A DNA stretch of 64,000 nt, taken from Bifidobacteriaceae bacterium UBA2724 (GTDB taxonomy: Bacteria > Actinomycetota > Actinomycetes > Actinomycetales > Bifidobacteriaceae). Made by a program: the position numbers and the translations under genes. The notes beneath the pieces were generated by a model, which saw nothing but the letters and a program-made list of their open reading frames with translations, had not been told where the DNA came from and ran no database searches. Shown piece by piece: positions 28,816 through 38,718 of this stretch. Within the stretch, counting starts at the first letter, position 1. Every line of letters starts with the position of its first letter. Location: the NCBI GenBank assembly GCA_002353815.1, contig DEKK01000012.1, forward strand, positions 117,154 to 181,153, written 5' to 3'.

Positions 28816-31506
28816 ATGGGCACCGGGAACGAATCACGCTCCGACACGCCGCAGGACGGCGCAGCCAACCCTGCCGCTTCGGCCCCCGCCGGCACCCTCC
28901 CCAAGGACCCGGCCACGCCGCCCGACACCGCTGGCGCCACCGCTTCCGGCACCGCCGGCCCACGCCGCTTGGCCACGCTGGGCGCCGCGGCACGGCAACT
29001 GCTCGCCAGGATCCGCCGGCATGCGTGCTATCCGCGCGGATGGCGCTCCGCGCTCTTCGACGTTGCGCTCGCCGCGGGTGCGTATTTCCTCGGCACCCCG
29101 CCCGTCGCATCGATGACGCCCGCCCCGCAGAACCCGTTCCTCGGTGACATGTCGGACGCCGCCATCTGCATCGCCTGGTCCATGGCGCTCATCCTTCCCG
29201 TCGCATGCCGCCGTCTGGCCCCCGTCGCCACGGCGTGGCTTTTCGCCGCCATATGCCTGGTGCAATTGATGCTGGGGCCATGCTTCGTCCCGCTCGACCT
29301 GCTCTGCCTCGTCATGCTCTACACGGCCATCGTCTACGGAAACCGTTCCTCCGCACGCACCCTGTGCCTGACGGCGCTGGGGGTCGGAGCCGTCGCCTCG
29401 TTCTGCATGGGGTACATGGACACGCGCCTGGCGGCATCCCTGACCTGCTCCGCATTGCAGTCCCCGTCCGCGACGGTCGTCGATGCGATCGCCGAATGCA
29501 ACGACGCCTTCGTGGAAAGCACCGGGACTTTCGCGGTCCTCATCGCACTGTCGCTCGCCTTCACCATCGTGGTGGCGTTCTGGCGGCGCACGACGCGCGA
29601 TTCGATGCTGCTGCTCCGCGAGCGCACGGAGGTGCTGGCGCGGCAGAAGGAGCAGGCGGGGCGCGAAGCCGCGAGGCAGGAACGGACCCGCATCGCACGC
29701 GACATGCATGACGTGGTGGCGCACACCCTGTCGACGATCATCGTGCAGGCGGACGGCGGCCGGTACGCAGCCGCGAACGACCCGGCCAAGGCCCGCGGCA
29801 TCATGCTGACGATCCGCCGCGAGACCGACCATGCGCGCAGCGACATGGCGCAGCTTCTCGGCGTCCTCACCGACGGCCTGCCCACCACGGACGGCACAGG
29901 GACCGCGCGGGATGGCGAAGCCTCACGGCATGCAGAATCCCCGGGCGTGTCATACGAACGCATCCCGGAGCTCATCGCACAGGCCAGCGCGGGATCGGCC
30001 GTGACGCATGTCGTGTCGGGCACGCCGCGACCCGATCTGCTGTCGAGCAACGCTTCGATCTGCGCGTACCGCGTGGTGCAAGAGGCGCTGACGAACGTGC
30101 GCAAATACGCGCTCGGCGCGGCATACGGCGCCCAGCTCGAACCGCAGCGCACCGTGCACGTCCAGGTCGCCGAACGATGGGACGGGGCGGGGCTGAACCT
30201 CCGTATCACCGATGACGGCATAGGAGAGGAATCGTCCTCTGACTGCCATACGCCTGGCTTTGGCCTCATGGGCATGGCGGAGCGACTCCACTCCGTCGGC
30301 GGAACGCTCCATGCCGGTCCCCAATCGGCGACGGAAGGACCGGGCACGCCGGGATTCGCCGTCGAGGCGTTCATCCCCTGCAGCGGCGCCCCTTCGGCAT
30401 TCCCCGGCCCCACATCCGCCGATGTGCCGCATGCCTTCGGCCCCGTCCCCGCCACGTCCTCCCGGCCATCCCTTCCCGCCGATGCCTCCCTCGTTGCGCC
30501 GGCGCAGCAACGGCGCAACATCGTGGAACGCATGGCCGCCTGGTCCATCAGCCACGAACGCGGCAGCGACGTCATTTCCACTGTCCTGCTGTGCCTCCTG
30601 ACGGCGCTCTTCGGGTCCTCGTTCTTCGGCACCGAAGCCGATTCATCGTTCGCCATCCCCGACTGGGGCATCGCCCTGCTGCCGATCGTGACGTGCCTGC
30701 CCCTGTACGGCCGGCGGCGCCACCCCGAACGCAGCTGCCTGCTGGTGTTCCTCCTATGCGTCGTGAACATGCTCGTGGGAACCAGCCAGCTTCCAGGGTG
30801 CATCGTGCCGGTCGTTGCCGCCCTGTTTTCGGGCACGCTCTACGGGCGGCGCGGATTCGGCAAACGCCTTGTCGCCCTCAGCGTCCTGGGCAGCGCCATG
30901 TTCGGGCTCAATCTGTCTTTCTTCGAAGAGCTCCTGCCAGACGGCTCCGTCCCCGTCCAAGGACTGGCTTTCTCGCTATGGCGCCCCGATCAGATCGATG
31001 GAGAGGACCGTGGCATCGGCATTTCGTATGCCCTCATATCCCTGATTGTCTGTCTGACGGCCATCGGGCTGGGTAACCTGTCTCACAGCCGCAACGAGAA
31101 CCTCACGCTCCTCAGGGCGCGCGCCGAAGCGCTCGAGCAGGAGCGCGACGCGCGGGACAAGGCAGCGGCCATCGAGGAACGCACACGGATCGGCGCGCAG
31201 ATACAGCACGACGTGTCCTCGACGTTGGATTCCGTCGGAGAACGAGTGGACGCCGGCCTGGCCGTCCTGGATTCCGGACAGGCCACCCCCGATGACATCC
31301 GTTCCGCTTTCGCGGACATCGCGGCGCAGGGGCGCTCCGCCCTGCGCCGCATGAGACAGCTTCTCGGCGTGTTGCGCGACACGGGACGCGAATGGCAGCA
31401 GAACGCTCCCCCCGACGCGCCCCTTCCGGAACACGACCTGCATCCGGCCGCCCCGCTGGACGAGCAATTGCATGATTCGGGGCTCGGACACGCGACGTCC
31501 GGGTGA
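28816..31506 (+). CDS. Sensor histidine kinase (HisKA_3 type) with a duplicated sensor/DHp module
   Basis: H-box RIARDMHDVVAH, HATPase (QEALTNVRKY, DDGIG, GFGLMGMAER), then a second TM block and degenerate DHp RIGAQIQHDVSS. GGAGGAGG ribosome-binding site before ATG 28816. Confidence 0.9.
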   Translation: MGTGNESRSDTPQDGAANPAASAPAGTLPKDPATPPDTAGATASGTAGPRRLATLGAAARQLLARIRRHACYPRGWRSALFDVALAAGAYFLGTPPVASMTPAPQNPFLGDMSDAAICIAWSMALILPVACRRLAPVATAWLFAAICLVQLMLGPCFVPLDLLCLVMLYTAIVYGNRSSARTLCLTALGVGAVASFCMGYMDTRLAASLTCSALQSPSATVVDAIAECNDAFVESTGTFAVLIALSLAFTIVVAFWRRTTRDSMLLLRERTEVLARQKEQAGREAARQERTRIARDMHDVVAHTLSTIIVQADGGRYAAANDPAKARGIMLTIRRETDHARSDMAQLLGVLTDGLPTTDGTGTARDGEASRHAESPGVSYERIPELIAQASAGSAVTHVVSGTPRPDLLSSNASICAYRVVQEALTNVRKYALGAAYGAQLEPQRTVHVQVAERWDGAGLNLRITDDGIGEESSSDCHTPGFGLMGMAERLHSVGGTLHAGPQSATEGPGTPGFAVEAFIPCSGAPSAFPGPTSADVPHAFGPVPATSSRPSLPADASLVAPAQQRRNIVERMAAWSISHERGSDVISTVLLCLLTALFGSSFFGTEADSSFAIPDWGIALLPIVTCLPLYGRRRHPERSCLLVFLLCVVNMLVGTSQLPGCIVPVVAALFSGTLYGRRGFGKRLVALSVLGSAMFGLNLSFFEELLPDGSVPVQGLAFSLWRPDQIDGEDRGIGISYALISLIVCLTAIGLGNLSHSRNENLTLLRARAEALEQERDARDKAAAIEERTRIGAQIQHDVSSTLDSVGERVDAGLAVLDSGQATPDDIRSAFADIAAQGRSALRRMRQLLGVLRDTGREWQQNAPPDAPLPEHDLHPAAPLDEQLHDSGLGHATSG

Positions 31507-31615
31507 CGCGGGGCACTGCCCGGAAACCGTAACCGGCTGTGCCTGTCGCGTGCACCAAACGCCGACGCCGCCGCGTCAGACGGTAGAATGGGCGACGACG
31601 AGACGAGGAGGTGTC

Positions 31616-32401
31616 ATGGTCACCGAGGGACGTGCGGCAGAGGAAACGGATCAGGGGCAGAACGATGGCGTCATCACCGTTCTCGTCGCCGACGACCAGG
31701 AGCTGGTGCGCACCGGATTCGCCATGGTCATCGACACGCAGCCCGACATGCACGTGGTGGGCCTCGCCGCCGACGGAGCCGAGGCTGTGCGCCAGTCGCA
31801 GGAACTGCACCCCGACATCGTGCTCATGGACGTGCGCATGCCCGGCATGGACGGCATCGAGGCGACACGCCGCATCACCACGGCCCGCGCATCATCCGAT
31901 GGAATGACCCGCGTCATCATCCTGACCACCTTCGACCTGGACGAATACGTCATGTCCGCGCTTCTCGCCGGAGCCAGCGGATTCCTGCTCAAGGACACTG
32001 AGCCCGAGACGCTGCTGTCATCGATCCGCACGGTGCACCAAGGCAACGCCATCATCGCGCCGACCGCGACGAAACGCCTCATCGAGCGCATGCTCACGCA
32101 GAATGCGCCGCGCCAGCAGGATGCGGCCGTCCCCGCGCCATCCGCTGCGGCGCCCACGGCTCCCGCCGCCCCGTCCCCCGCAGCCGGCGGATACACCGAC
32201 CCGGAGCTCGACTCCCTCACCGACCGCGAGCGCGAAGTGCTCATCGGCATCGCCCGCGGCATGTCGAACCAAGAGATAGCCGACCGACTGGTCATCAGCC
32301 TTGCCACGGTGAAAACACACGTGGCGCATATCCTGCAGAAGACGAATTCGCATGACCGCGTGCAGGCGGCGATCTTCGCATACCAGAACCACCTTGCCTG
32401 A
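31616..32401 (+). CDS. NarL/LuxR family response regulator
   Basis: VLVADDQELVRTGF, VLMDVRMPGMDG, LTTFDLDEY, GFLLKD, LTDREREVL...TVKTHV. GAGGAGG ribosome-binding site. Confidence 0.95.
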   Translation: MVTEGRAAEETDQGQNDGVITVLVADDQELVRTGFAMVIDTQPDMHVVGLAADGAEAVRQSQELHPDIVLMDVRMPGMDGIEATRRITTARASSDGMTRVIILTTFDLDEYVMSALLAGASGFLLKDTEPETLLSSIRTVHQGNAIIAPTATKRLIERMLTQNAPRQQDAAVPAPSAAAPTAPAAPSPAAGGYTDPELDSLTDREREVLIGIARGMSNQEIADRLVISLATVKTHVAHILQKTNSHDRVQAAIFAYQNHLA

Positions 32402-32440
32402 CACCACCCACCTTGTCTGACACCACCCACCTTGTCTGAC
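32389..32440 (+). repeat. 19-bp tandem repeat spanning the response-regulator stop codon
   Basis: CCACCTTG(C/T)CTGACACCAC, about 2.7 copies. Confidence 0.8.
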
Positions 32441-32676
32441 GCGCATCTCGTCCGACGCGCACCGCCCCTGCCGTTCTGTTCTTCCGCACACCCGCCCCTC
32501 GTTCCCGCCCCGCTCCGTCGCCATGCCCTGCGCCCTGTGACCGACCCTGTGTCGCGCGGCCGACCCCGTGCGTCGCCGCTCTCGCTCCTCCGCCACCGCC
32601 CATCCTCGTCCTGTTCGCATCCACGGTGCCGGCCGCCGCGCGGCGCCTCTGGCGGCCCCGCCCGGAATCCATGCAG

Positions 32677-32709
32677 AATCATCCCAAAAATCATCCCTGG
32701 GAATGATGG
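32677..32709 (+). promoter_or_regulatory. Response-regulator site (copy 2) plus an extra half-site
   Basis: AATCATCCC-aaa-AATCATCCCTGGGAATGATGG. A TAGATT -10-like hexamer starts at 32731. Confidence 0.75.
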
Positions 32710-32811
32710 CACGTCCCCCCATCCCTCCTGTAGATTCGTGAATCACCGGGGCGGAGTCATGCCGCCCCTTTGAGAACGGACAGCCGCGGGCCGTCCGAAA
32801 GGGAGGAAAGA

Positions 32812-33687
32812 ATGACTGCAGCACCCAACGCCACGATGCCGATGGCAGGCATGGTCACCGCCGGAACCGCCATCCAGGCAATCGACGTCGTCAAGGACTA
32901 CGGGACCGGGGATTCCGCCGTTCACGCCCTGCGCCACGTGAACGTCGCATTCGAACGCGGCAAATTCACCGCCATCATGGGTCCGTCGGGCTCGGGCAAG
33001 TCCACGCTCATGCACGTGCTGTCCGGGCTGGATTCCGTCACTTCGGGCCACGTGATGTTCAACGGCTACGACATCACGACGTTCAACGACAAGCAGCTGA
33101 CGCTCATGCGCCGCGACTACGTCGGATTCATCTTCCAGAGCTTCAACCTGCTGCCCATGTTCACCGCCGAGCAGAACATCGTCATGCCCCTGACGCTGGC
33201 CGGCAAGAAACCTGACAAGCAGTGGCTGCACAGGCTCGCCGCCGACCTCGGCATCGAGGACCGCCTGGACCACCGCCCGTCCGAGCTGTCGGGCGGTCAG
33301 CAGCAGCGCGTCGCCATCGCACGCGCCCTCATCACCCACCCGCACGTCGTGTTCGCCGACGAACCGACCGGCGCGTTGGATTCGGTCAGCTCCACCGAAG
33401 TACTCAGCATGCTGCGCCGTCTGGTGGACGAGACCTCGCAGACCGTCATCATGGTCACCCATGATGCTGCGGCCGCCGCCTATGCGGACCGCGCCCTGGT
33501 GTTCTCCGACGGCAGGATAGTGGCCGACGTGAACCATCCCACGGAGGAACGCATGAGCGAGCTCGTCATGGAACAGCGCCACTCCGCCGCCAAGCTCGCC
33601 GCGGCTGGTGCACCGGCCGCGCCAGTCGCGCCAGCCGCGCCTGTCACGGCGCCCACTCCCGTCCAGAACGATCCGGCGCGCCGCTGA
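32812..33687 (+). CDS. ABC transporter ATP-binding protein (LolD/MacB-like)
   Basis: [40 protein letters not shown]. Confidence 0.93.
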   Translation: MTAAPNATMPMAGMVTAGTAIQAIDVVKDYGTGDSAVHALRHVNVAFERGKFTAIMGPSGSGKSTLMHVLSGLDSVTSGHVMFNGYDITTFNDKQLTLMRRDYVGFIFQSFNLLPMFTAEQNIVMPLTLAGKKPDKQWLHRLAADLGIEDRLDHRPSELSGGQQQRVAIARALITHPHVVFADEPTGALDSVSSTEVLSMLRRLVDETSQTVIMVTHDAAAAAYADRALVFSDGRIVADVNHPTEERMSELVMEQRHSAAKLAAAGAPAAPVAPAAPVTAPTPVQNDPARR

Positions 33688-33719
33688 ACCGTGTCATCAG
33701 AGGAAGGAACACCCTACCC

Positions 33720-36446
33720 ATGTGGTCTATCACCCGAGGAATGATGAAACGCAGCCGCAGGACGCTGATTCCCGCCGGCATCGCCATCGCCATCGCATCC
33801 CTGTTCATCAGCGCGACGCTGCTGCTCGGCAACGTCCTTGACTCCCAGGCCGTCAAGAATTTCACTTCCCAATACGGCAACGCCGAATATTCCGCCAAGC
33901 TCGACAACGACTCCGCCAGCTACACGTCCGACTCCCCCACGCTGGCGACGACCGGATTCGCAAAGATCCCGTCCGTCGACGGCGTCTCCGACGTGCGGTA
34001 CTCGACCGTCGAATCGCTGAGCATCTCAGCCGGCTCGTCAACGTCGTCCACGAACCAATACGCCATGGGCATCGAGCTGAGCACGAAGGCCGGCATCATG
34101 CCCATCGACCTGACCGACGGGTCGTGGCCGTCGAAAGCCGGAGAAACGGCGCTTGATTCCGACCTGGCGCAGAAGCTCGGCGTATCCATCGGAGACACCG
34201 TGACGTTCACGACCGATTACACCGGCGACGACGCCACCCTGACGCCCATCACCGCGCACGTCACCGGCCTGACCGACGACCCGCATGAGCTCTATTCGCT
34301 TTCCGGCGGCTCCGTGACGCTGACCTCCGACGACATGGTGGAGCTCGCCCGGCAGAACCTTCGGCTCGAAAGCTCCTCCGCCAGCGACATCGCGAAGTTC
34401 ACCCATGACGACATGAACGCCGACACCGTGTATTTCTCACTGGACCAGGGCCTGAGCGATTCTCAGAAGAACACCGTCATCGACCAGATCCGCTCCCAGG
34501 TGAAGGACGCGAAAGTCATGTCGCGCGCCGACGACGCCAACGAATACATGCGCAGCCTCAACGGAGGCGGCGTCAACCCGGTGACCGCCGTCATCCTCGT
34601 CTTCGCCGTCCTCGCCATGTTCGTCGCCGCCCTCGTCATCGCCAACACCTTCCGCGTGCTCGTCACGCAGCGTCGTCGCACTCTCGCGTTGCTGCGCACC
34701 ATCGGCGCCAGCAAGGGGCAGGTGCACCGTTCGGTTCTCGCAGAAGGCGTCGTGCTCGGCCTCGAATACTCGATCGCCGGCACCGCGCTCGCCTACATCA
34801 TCGTCGCGATTCTCTCAGCGGCGAAGGTGCAGGGCATCGAGCTCATCCCGTCGGTCGCCTCCATCCTCGTGCCCATCGTGTTCGCCACGGTCATCACGGT
34901 GCTGGCCTCCAGTGGCGCGGCCCAGCTGGCCACGAGCGTCACCCCGATGGAAGCCCTGCGCCCCATCGACGCGACCGAAAAGGCTGGCATCAAGGCGGCG
35001 CGCGCCGTGTTCTCCGTGCTCTTCCTCGGCATCGGCCTCGTCCTGTGCTTCCGCGCCATGAGCATGGCAGCAAACATGAGCACCGACAGCCAGAACTACG
35101 CCGTTCCACTGTTCATCGCGGTGCCCGCCTGCATCCTCGTGTTCATCGGCCTCATCATGTCGACCCAGGCATGGGTCCCGTGGCTGCTGTCCGGACTGGG
35201 TCACCTCGTGTCGCTCACCGGTGCCTCGGGCATCATCGCCGCGGCGAACATCCGCAAGAACCCGCGCCGCATCGCCGCCACCAGCGGCGCGCTGCTCATC
35301 GGCATCACCCTCGTGGCGACGGTCGCCACGGGCGCGTCCTGCGCCATGGCCGCGGTCAACCACGAACTCGACAGCCACTACAGCGTCGACGCCTCCATTG
35401 ACGGCGCAACCATCGGCAGCGACACCATCGACCGCGTCAAGGCAACCGACGGCATCACCGACGCGATGAGCATCGGTTCCTACAGCGTCGCCATGTCGTC
35501 CCAAGGCACGGCGCCGGACCTGTCGGACGTGAACTCCACGCCGGCGCAGACCTCGATGTACGTGATCCCCGATTCCGCCATCGGCACCGTGGTCGCCGAC
35601 ACCTTCGGCACCCATCACCTCGAGGACGGCGTGGTGTACGTGCCCAGCCAACTCCACGCGGACGCGCCGAACACCACCCCGAACCTGGCCAATGGCGACA
35701 AGCTCAGCATGGTCGTGACGCCCAGCAAAGACGACATGAACACGCTGGTCTGCGGACCCTATGACGGCATCGATACGTCCCAGACCCCGCAGACCACAGT
35801 CACGCTCACGGTCCAGACCGGCACCTTCGCCATCGGCGACGACACCCATTCGCTCGCCATCTCCGAAGGCACGGCGCGCTCCCTCGGCATCGACCCGGGG
35901 CGCCACGATATCTGGCTCAAGGTGGACAAGAACGCCGACACCTCCAAGCTCATCGACGATCTCGGCAAGATGGCGACGGACCTCAATGCCACGAACCTGT
36001 CGGGCTCGTTCATCTACCGCAAGATGTTCGACATGGTGATCGACATCGCCATGAAGGTCATGCTGGCGCTGCTCAGCGTCGCCGTCATCATCGCCCTCGT
36101 GGGAGTCGCGAACACCCTGTCCCTGTCGGTCATCGAAAGGCAGCGCGAATCCGCCACGCTGCGCGCCATCGGCATGACATCCGGGCAGCTGCGGGCATCG
36201 CTTGCCTGGGAGTCGGTGCTCATCTCGCTGGGCGCCGGTCTCGCCGGACTCGTGGCGGGCGGTTTCTTCGGCTGGGTCGGTGCCGTCACCCTGCTGACCG
36301 GCGCAACGGTCCCGTTCGCCCCGAACTGGCCGGTCTACATCGGCATCGTGCTCCTGTCGCTCGTCGCCGCGCTGCTGGCGAGCGTGCTCCCGGCACGGCG
36401 CGCAACGAAGGTGCCTCCGGTCACGGCCCTGGCCGACGCCGACTGA
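33720..36446 (+). CDS. FtsX-like ABC exporter permease (two FtsX halves)
   Basis: IANTFRVLVTQRRRTLALLRTIGAS and ANTLSLSVIERQRESATLRAIGMT, with two large extracellular loops. Confidence 0.92.
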   Translation: MWSITRGMMKRSRRTLIPAGIAIAIASLFISATLLLGNVLDSQAVKNFTSQYGNAEYSAKLDNDSASYTSDSPTLATTGFAKIPSVDGVSDVRYSTVESLSISAGSSTSSTNQYAMGIELSTKAGIMPIDLTDGSWPSKAGETALDSDLAQKLGVSIGDTVTFTTDYTGDDATLTPITAHVTGLTDDPHELYSLSGGSVTLTSDDMVELARQNLRLESSSASDIAKFTHDDMNADTVYFSLDQGLSDSQKNTVIDQIRSQVKDAKVMSRADDANEYMRSLNGGGVNPVTAVILVFAVLAMFVAALVIANTFRVLVTQRRRTLALLRTIGASKGQVHRSVLAEGVVLGLEYSIAGTALAYIIVAILSAAKVQGIELIPSVASILVPIVFATVITVLASSGAAQLATSVTPMEALRPIDATEKAGIKAARAVFSVLFLGIGLVLCFRAMSMAANMSTDSQNYAVPLFIAVPACILVFIGLIMSTQAWVPWLLSGLGHLVSLTGASGIIAAANIRKNPRRIAATSGALLIGITLVATVATGASCAMAAVNHELDSHYSVDASIDGATIGSDTIDRVKATDGITDAMSIGSYSVAMSSQGTAPDLSDVNSTPAQTSMYVIPDSAIGTVVADTFGTHHLEDGVVYVPSQLHADAPNTTPNLANGDKLSMVVTPSKDDMNTLVCGPYDGIDTSQTPQTTVTLTVQTGTFAIGDDTHSLAISEGTARSLGIDPGRHDIWLKVDKNADTSKLIDDLGKMATDLNATNLSGSFIYRKMFDMVIDIAMKVMLALLSVAVIIALVGVANTLSLSVIERQRESATLRAIGMTSGQLRASLAWESVLISLGAGLAGLVAGGFFGWVGAVTLLTGATVPFAPNWPVYIGIVLLSLVAALLASVLPARRATKVPPVTALADAD

Positions 36447-36587
36447 CGCGGCGGGCGGTGGCGCGGCCCCACGTCGCGCCGCCGCCCGCCATGGCGGCAT
36501 CCGTCGCGACGGCACCCGTCCGGTGACGCAAGCCACACAGTGACACGATTCCATTAGTGACGCGAGCCGCACCCATGGCGCAACGAC

Positions 36588-36633
36588 AAATGCCCCGCAC
36601 CCACTCAACAGAGCGGATGCGGGGCATTTCTTT
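36588..36633. terminator. Probable bidirectional intrinsic terminator between the permease and metY
   Basis: AAATGCCCCGCA ... TGCGGGGCATTT stem followed by CTTT, between convergent genes. Confidence 0.7.
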
Positions 36634-36714
36634 GCGTCGCGGATCCGGCGGCGCCGCCGCCCGGCAAGGGCCGGCGGTACTAGACGTCAGACCGGCATCG
36701 CGCCTACCGACGCC

Positions 36715-38031
36715 TCACTTGGCGAGGCCGGATTCGCGCAGGGCCTTGAAGCCGCCTTCGAGGTCCTCGATGATGTCGTCGATGTTCTCGAGGCCGATGG
36801 ACAGGCGGATGGTGCCCTGGTGGATGCCCTGGTCCTCGAGCTCCTCCGGGGACTCCTGGGAGTGCGTGGTGGACGCCGGGTGCACGACGAGGGACTTGGC
36901 GTCGCCGACGTTCGCGAGCAGCGAGAACAGGTGCAGGTTGTCGATGAAAACGCGAGCCGCGTCCTTGCCACCCTTGATGTCGAAGGTGAAGATGGAGCCG
37001 CCGCCGTTCGGGAAGTACTTCTCGTAGAGGTCGTGGTCGGGGCGGCCGGCGATCGCCGGGTGGCTCACGGATTCGACCTCGGGCACGGTCTGCAGGTAGT
37101 CGACGACCTTGAGGGCGTTCTGCACGTGGCGCTCGACGCGCAGCGACAGCGTCTCGGTGCCCTGCAGCAGCAGGAATGCCGCGAACGGGGAGAGCGTGGC
37201 GCCGGTGTCGCGCAGCAGGATGGCGCGGGCGCGGGTCACGAAGGCGACGGGGCCGAGGGCCTCGTAGAAGTTGAGGTTGTGGTACGACGGATCGGGCTCC
37301 GTGAGGGTCGGGAACTTGCCCGGCACGGCAGCCCAGTCGAACTTGCCGCCCTCGACGATCACACCGCCGAGCGTGGTGCCGTGGCCGCCGATGAACTTGG
37401 TGGCGGACTCAACCACGACGTCCGCGCCGTGCTCCAGCGGACGGAAGAGGTACGGGGTGGCGAAGGTGTTGTCGACGAACAGCGGCAGGTTGTGCCTGTG
37501 GGCGATGTCGGCGATGGCCTCGATGTCGGCCAGGTCGGCGTTCGGGTTGCCGAAGGTCTCGATGTAGACGAGCTTCGTGTTGTCCTGGATGGCGTCCTCG
37601 AAGTTCTTCGGATCGCTCGGCTCGACGAAGGTGGTGGTCACGCCATCGCGGGGAAGCGTGTGGCGCAGCAGGTTGAAGGTGCCGCCGTAGATATGCTTGG
37701 AGGCCACGATGTGGTCGCCGGTCTGCGTGATGTTGCGCACGGCGTATTCGACGGCCGCGGCGCCGGAAGCGACCGCGAGGCCGGCGGTGCCCCCTTCGAG
37801 CGCGGCGATGCGGTCCTCGAACACGCCCTCGGTGGTGTTGGTCAGACGGCCGTAGATGTTGCCCGGGTCCTGGAGGCCGAAACGGGCCTCGGCGTGGTCG
37901 AAGTTGTGGAAGACGTAGCTCGTGGTGGCGTAGATCGGAACCGCGCGGGAATCGGTGGCCGGATCGGCCTCTTCCTGGCCGACGTGGAGCTGGAGGGTCT
38001 CGAAGCGGTAGTGGTTGTTCTTCTCAGCCAT
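36715..38031 (-). CDS. metY: O-acetylhomoserine aminocarboxypropyltransferase (sulfhydrylase)
   Basis: [30 protein letters not shown] lysine [37 protein letters not shown]. Confidence 0.93.
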   Translation of the reverse strand: MAEKNNHYRFETLQLHVGQEEADPATDSRAVPIYATTSYVFHNFDHAEARFGLQDPGNIYGRLTNTTEGVFEDRIAALEGGTAGLAVASGAAAVEYAVRNITQTGDHIVASKHIYGGTFNLLRHTLPRDGVTTTFVEPSDPKNFEDAIQDNTKLVYIETFGNPNADLADIEAIADIAHRHNLPLFVDNTFATPYLFRPLEHGADVVVESATKFIGGHGTTLGGVIVEGGKFDWAAVPGKFPTLTEPDPSYHNLNFYEALGPVAFVTRARAILLRDTGATLSPFAAFLLLQGTETLSLRVERHVQNALKVVDYLQTVPEVESVSHPAIAGRPDHDLYEKYFPNGGGSIFTFDIKGGKDAARVFIDNLHLFSLLANVGDAKSLVVHPASTTHSQESPEELEDQGIHQGTIRLSIGLENIDDIIEDLEGGFKALRESGLAK

Positions 38032-38234
38032 GATGTTATCCTTTCAGTAAACGTTCGGAATGTTCCTAGCGTTCTTTCAGGTAAAGTGATGTGCGCTTCG
38101 CCTGGTCGAGTTTTGCTTGTTGTTTTTGTGGAACGATCCGTTCCTGTCGCGGTTCTTTCGAACTTGCTGATTTGAAGAATAAACACGAGTGCGGCGAGGG
38201 GCAACCCAAAACGCCCCTTTGGGCTATCACGGTT

Positions 38235-38254
38235 TGTTATAGCGTCCTATAACA
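38235..38254. promoter_or_regulatory. Perfect 8-4-8 palindrome upstream of metY
   Basis: TGTTATAG-CGTC-CTATAACA in an AT-rich promoter region. Confidence 0.6.
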
Positions 38255-38303
38255 CCTGAAAACACAAGGCTTTCAGCGCATCCGCACACACGACGGAGGC
38301 CCT

Positions 38304-38358
38304 GTGAATCCATGCGGATCCATGCGGATCCATGCGAATCCATGCGGATCCATGTGAA
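38304..38358. repeat. 10-bp tandem repeat (G[G/A]ATCCATG[C/T]), about 5 copies
   Basis: gaatccatgc-ggatccatgc-ggatccatgc-gaatccatgc-ggatccatgt in the metY/pdxK divergent intergenic region. Confidence 0.9.
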
Positions 38359-38718
38359 ATCGCTTTCGCGGCCCCACGCGCGCCCCGGGACCCGACCTGT
38401 GCGCAACGCAGCGGGAACGCACTCCCCTTCCCCGGGATGTCAGGATAACGGCGTCTGGATGGCCCTATGCCGCCCCTGCCTCGTTCCCGTGCCGCGCGCA
38501 CAGAGACCCATGTCTGGCGCCACATGCCCCGCCCCCTTACGCCCCGTCCCATACGCCCCGCCCCATGCACAGCGCCCCATGCCGCACTCTCTCACCCGTC
38601 GGACGTAACACGCGCCGTCACCATGCCACGCCTATGCTGATTTCCGTGGGAGCGCACGCCGGGCAGCGGCACGCGCCGCCCGACACTCATTCGAAGGAAC
38701 GCATCCGAAGGAAGCAAC

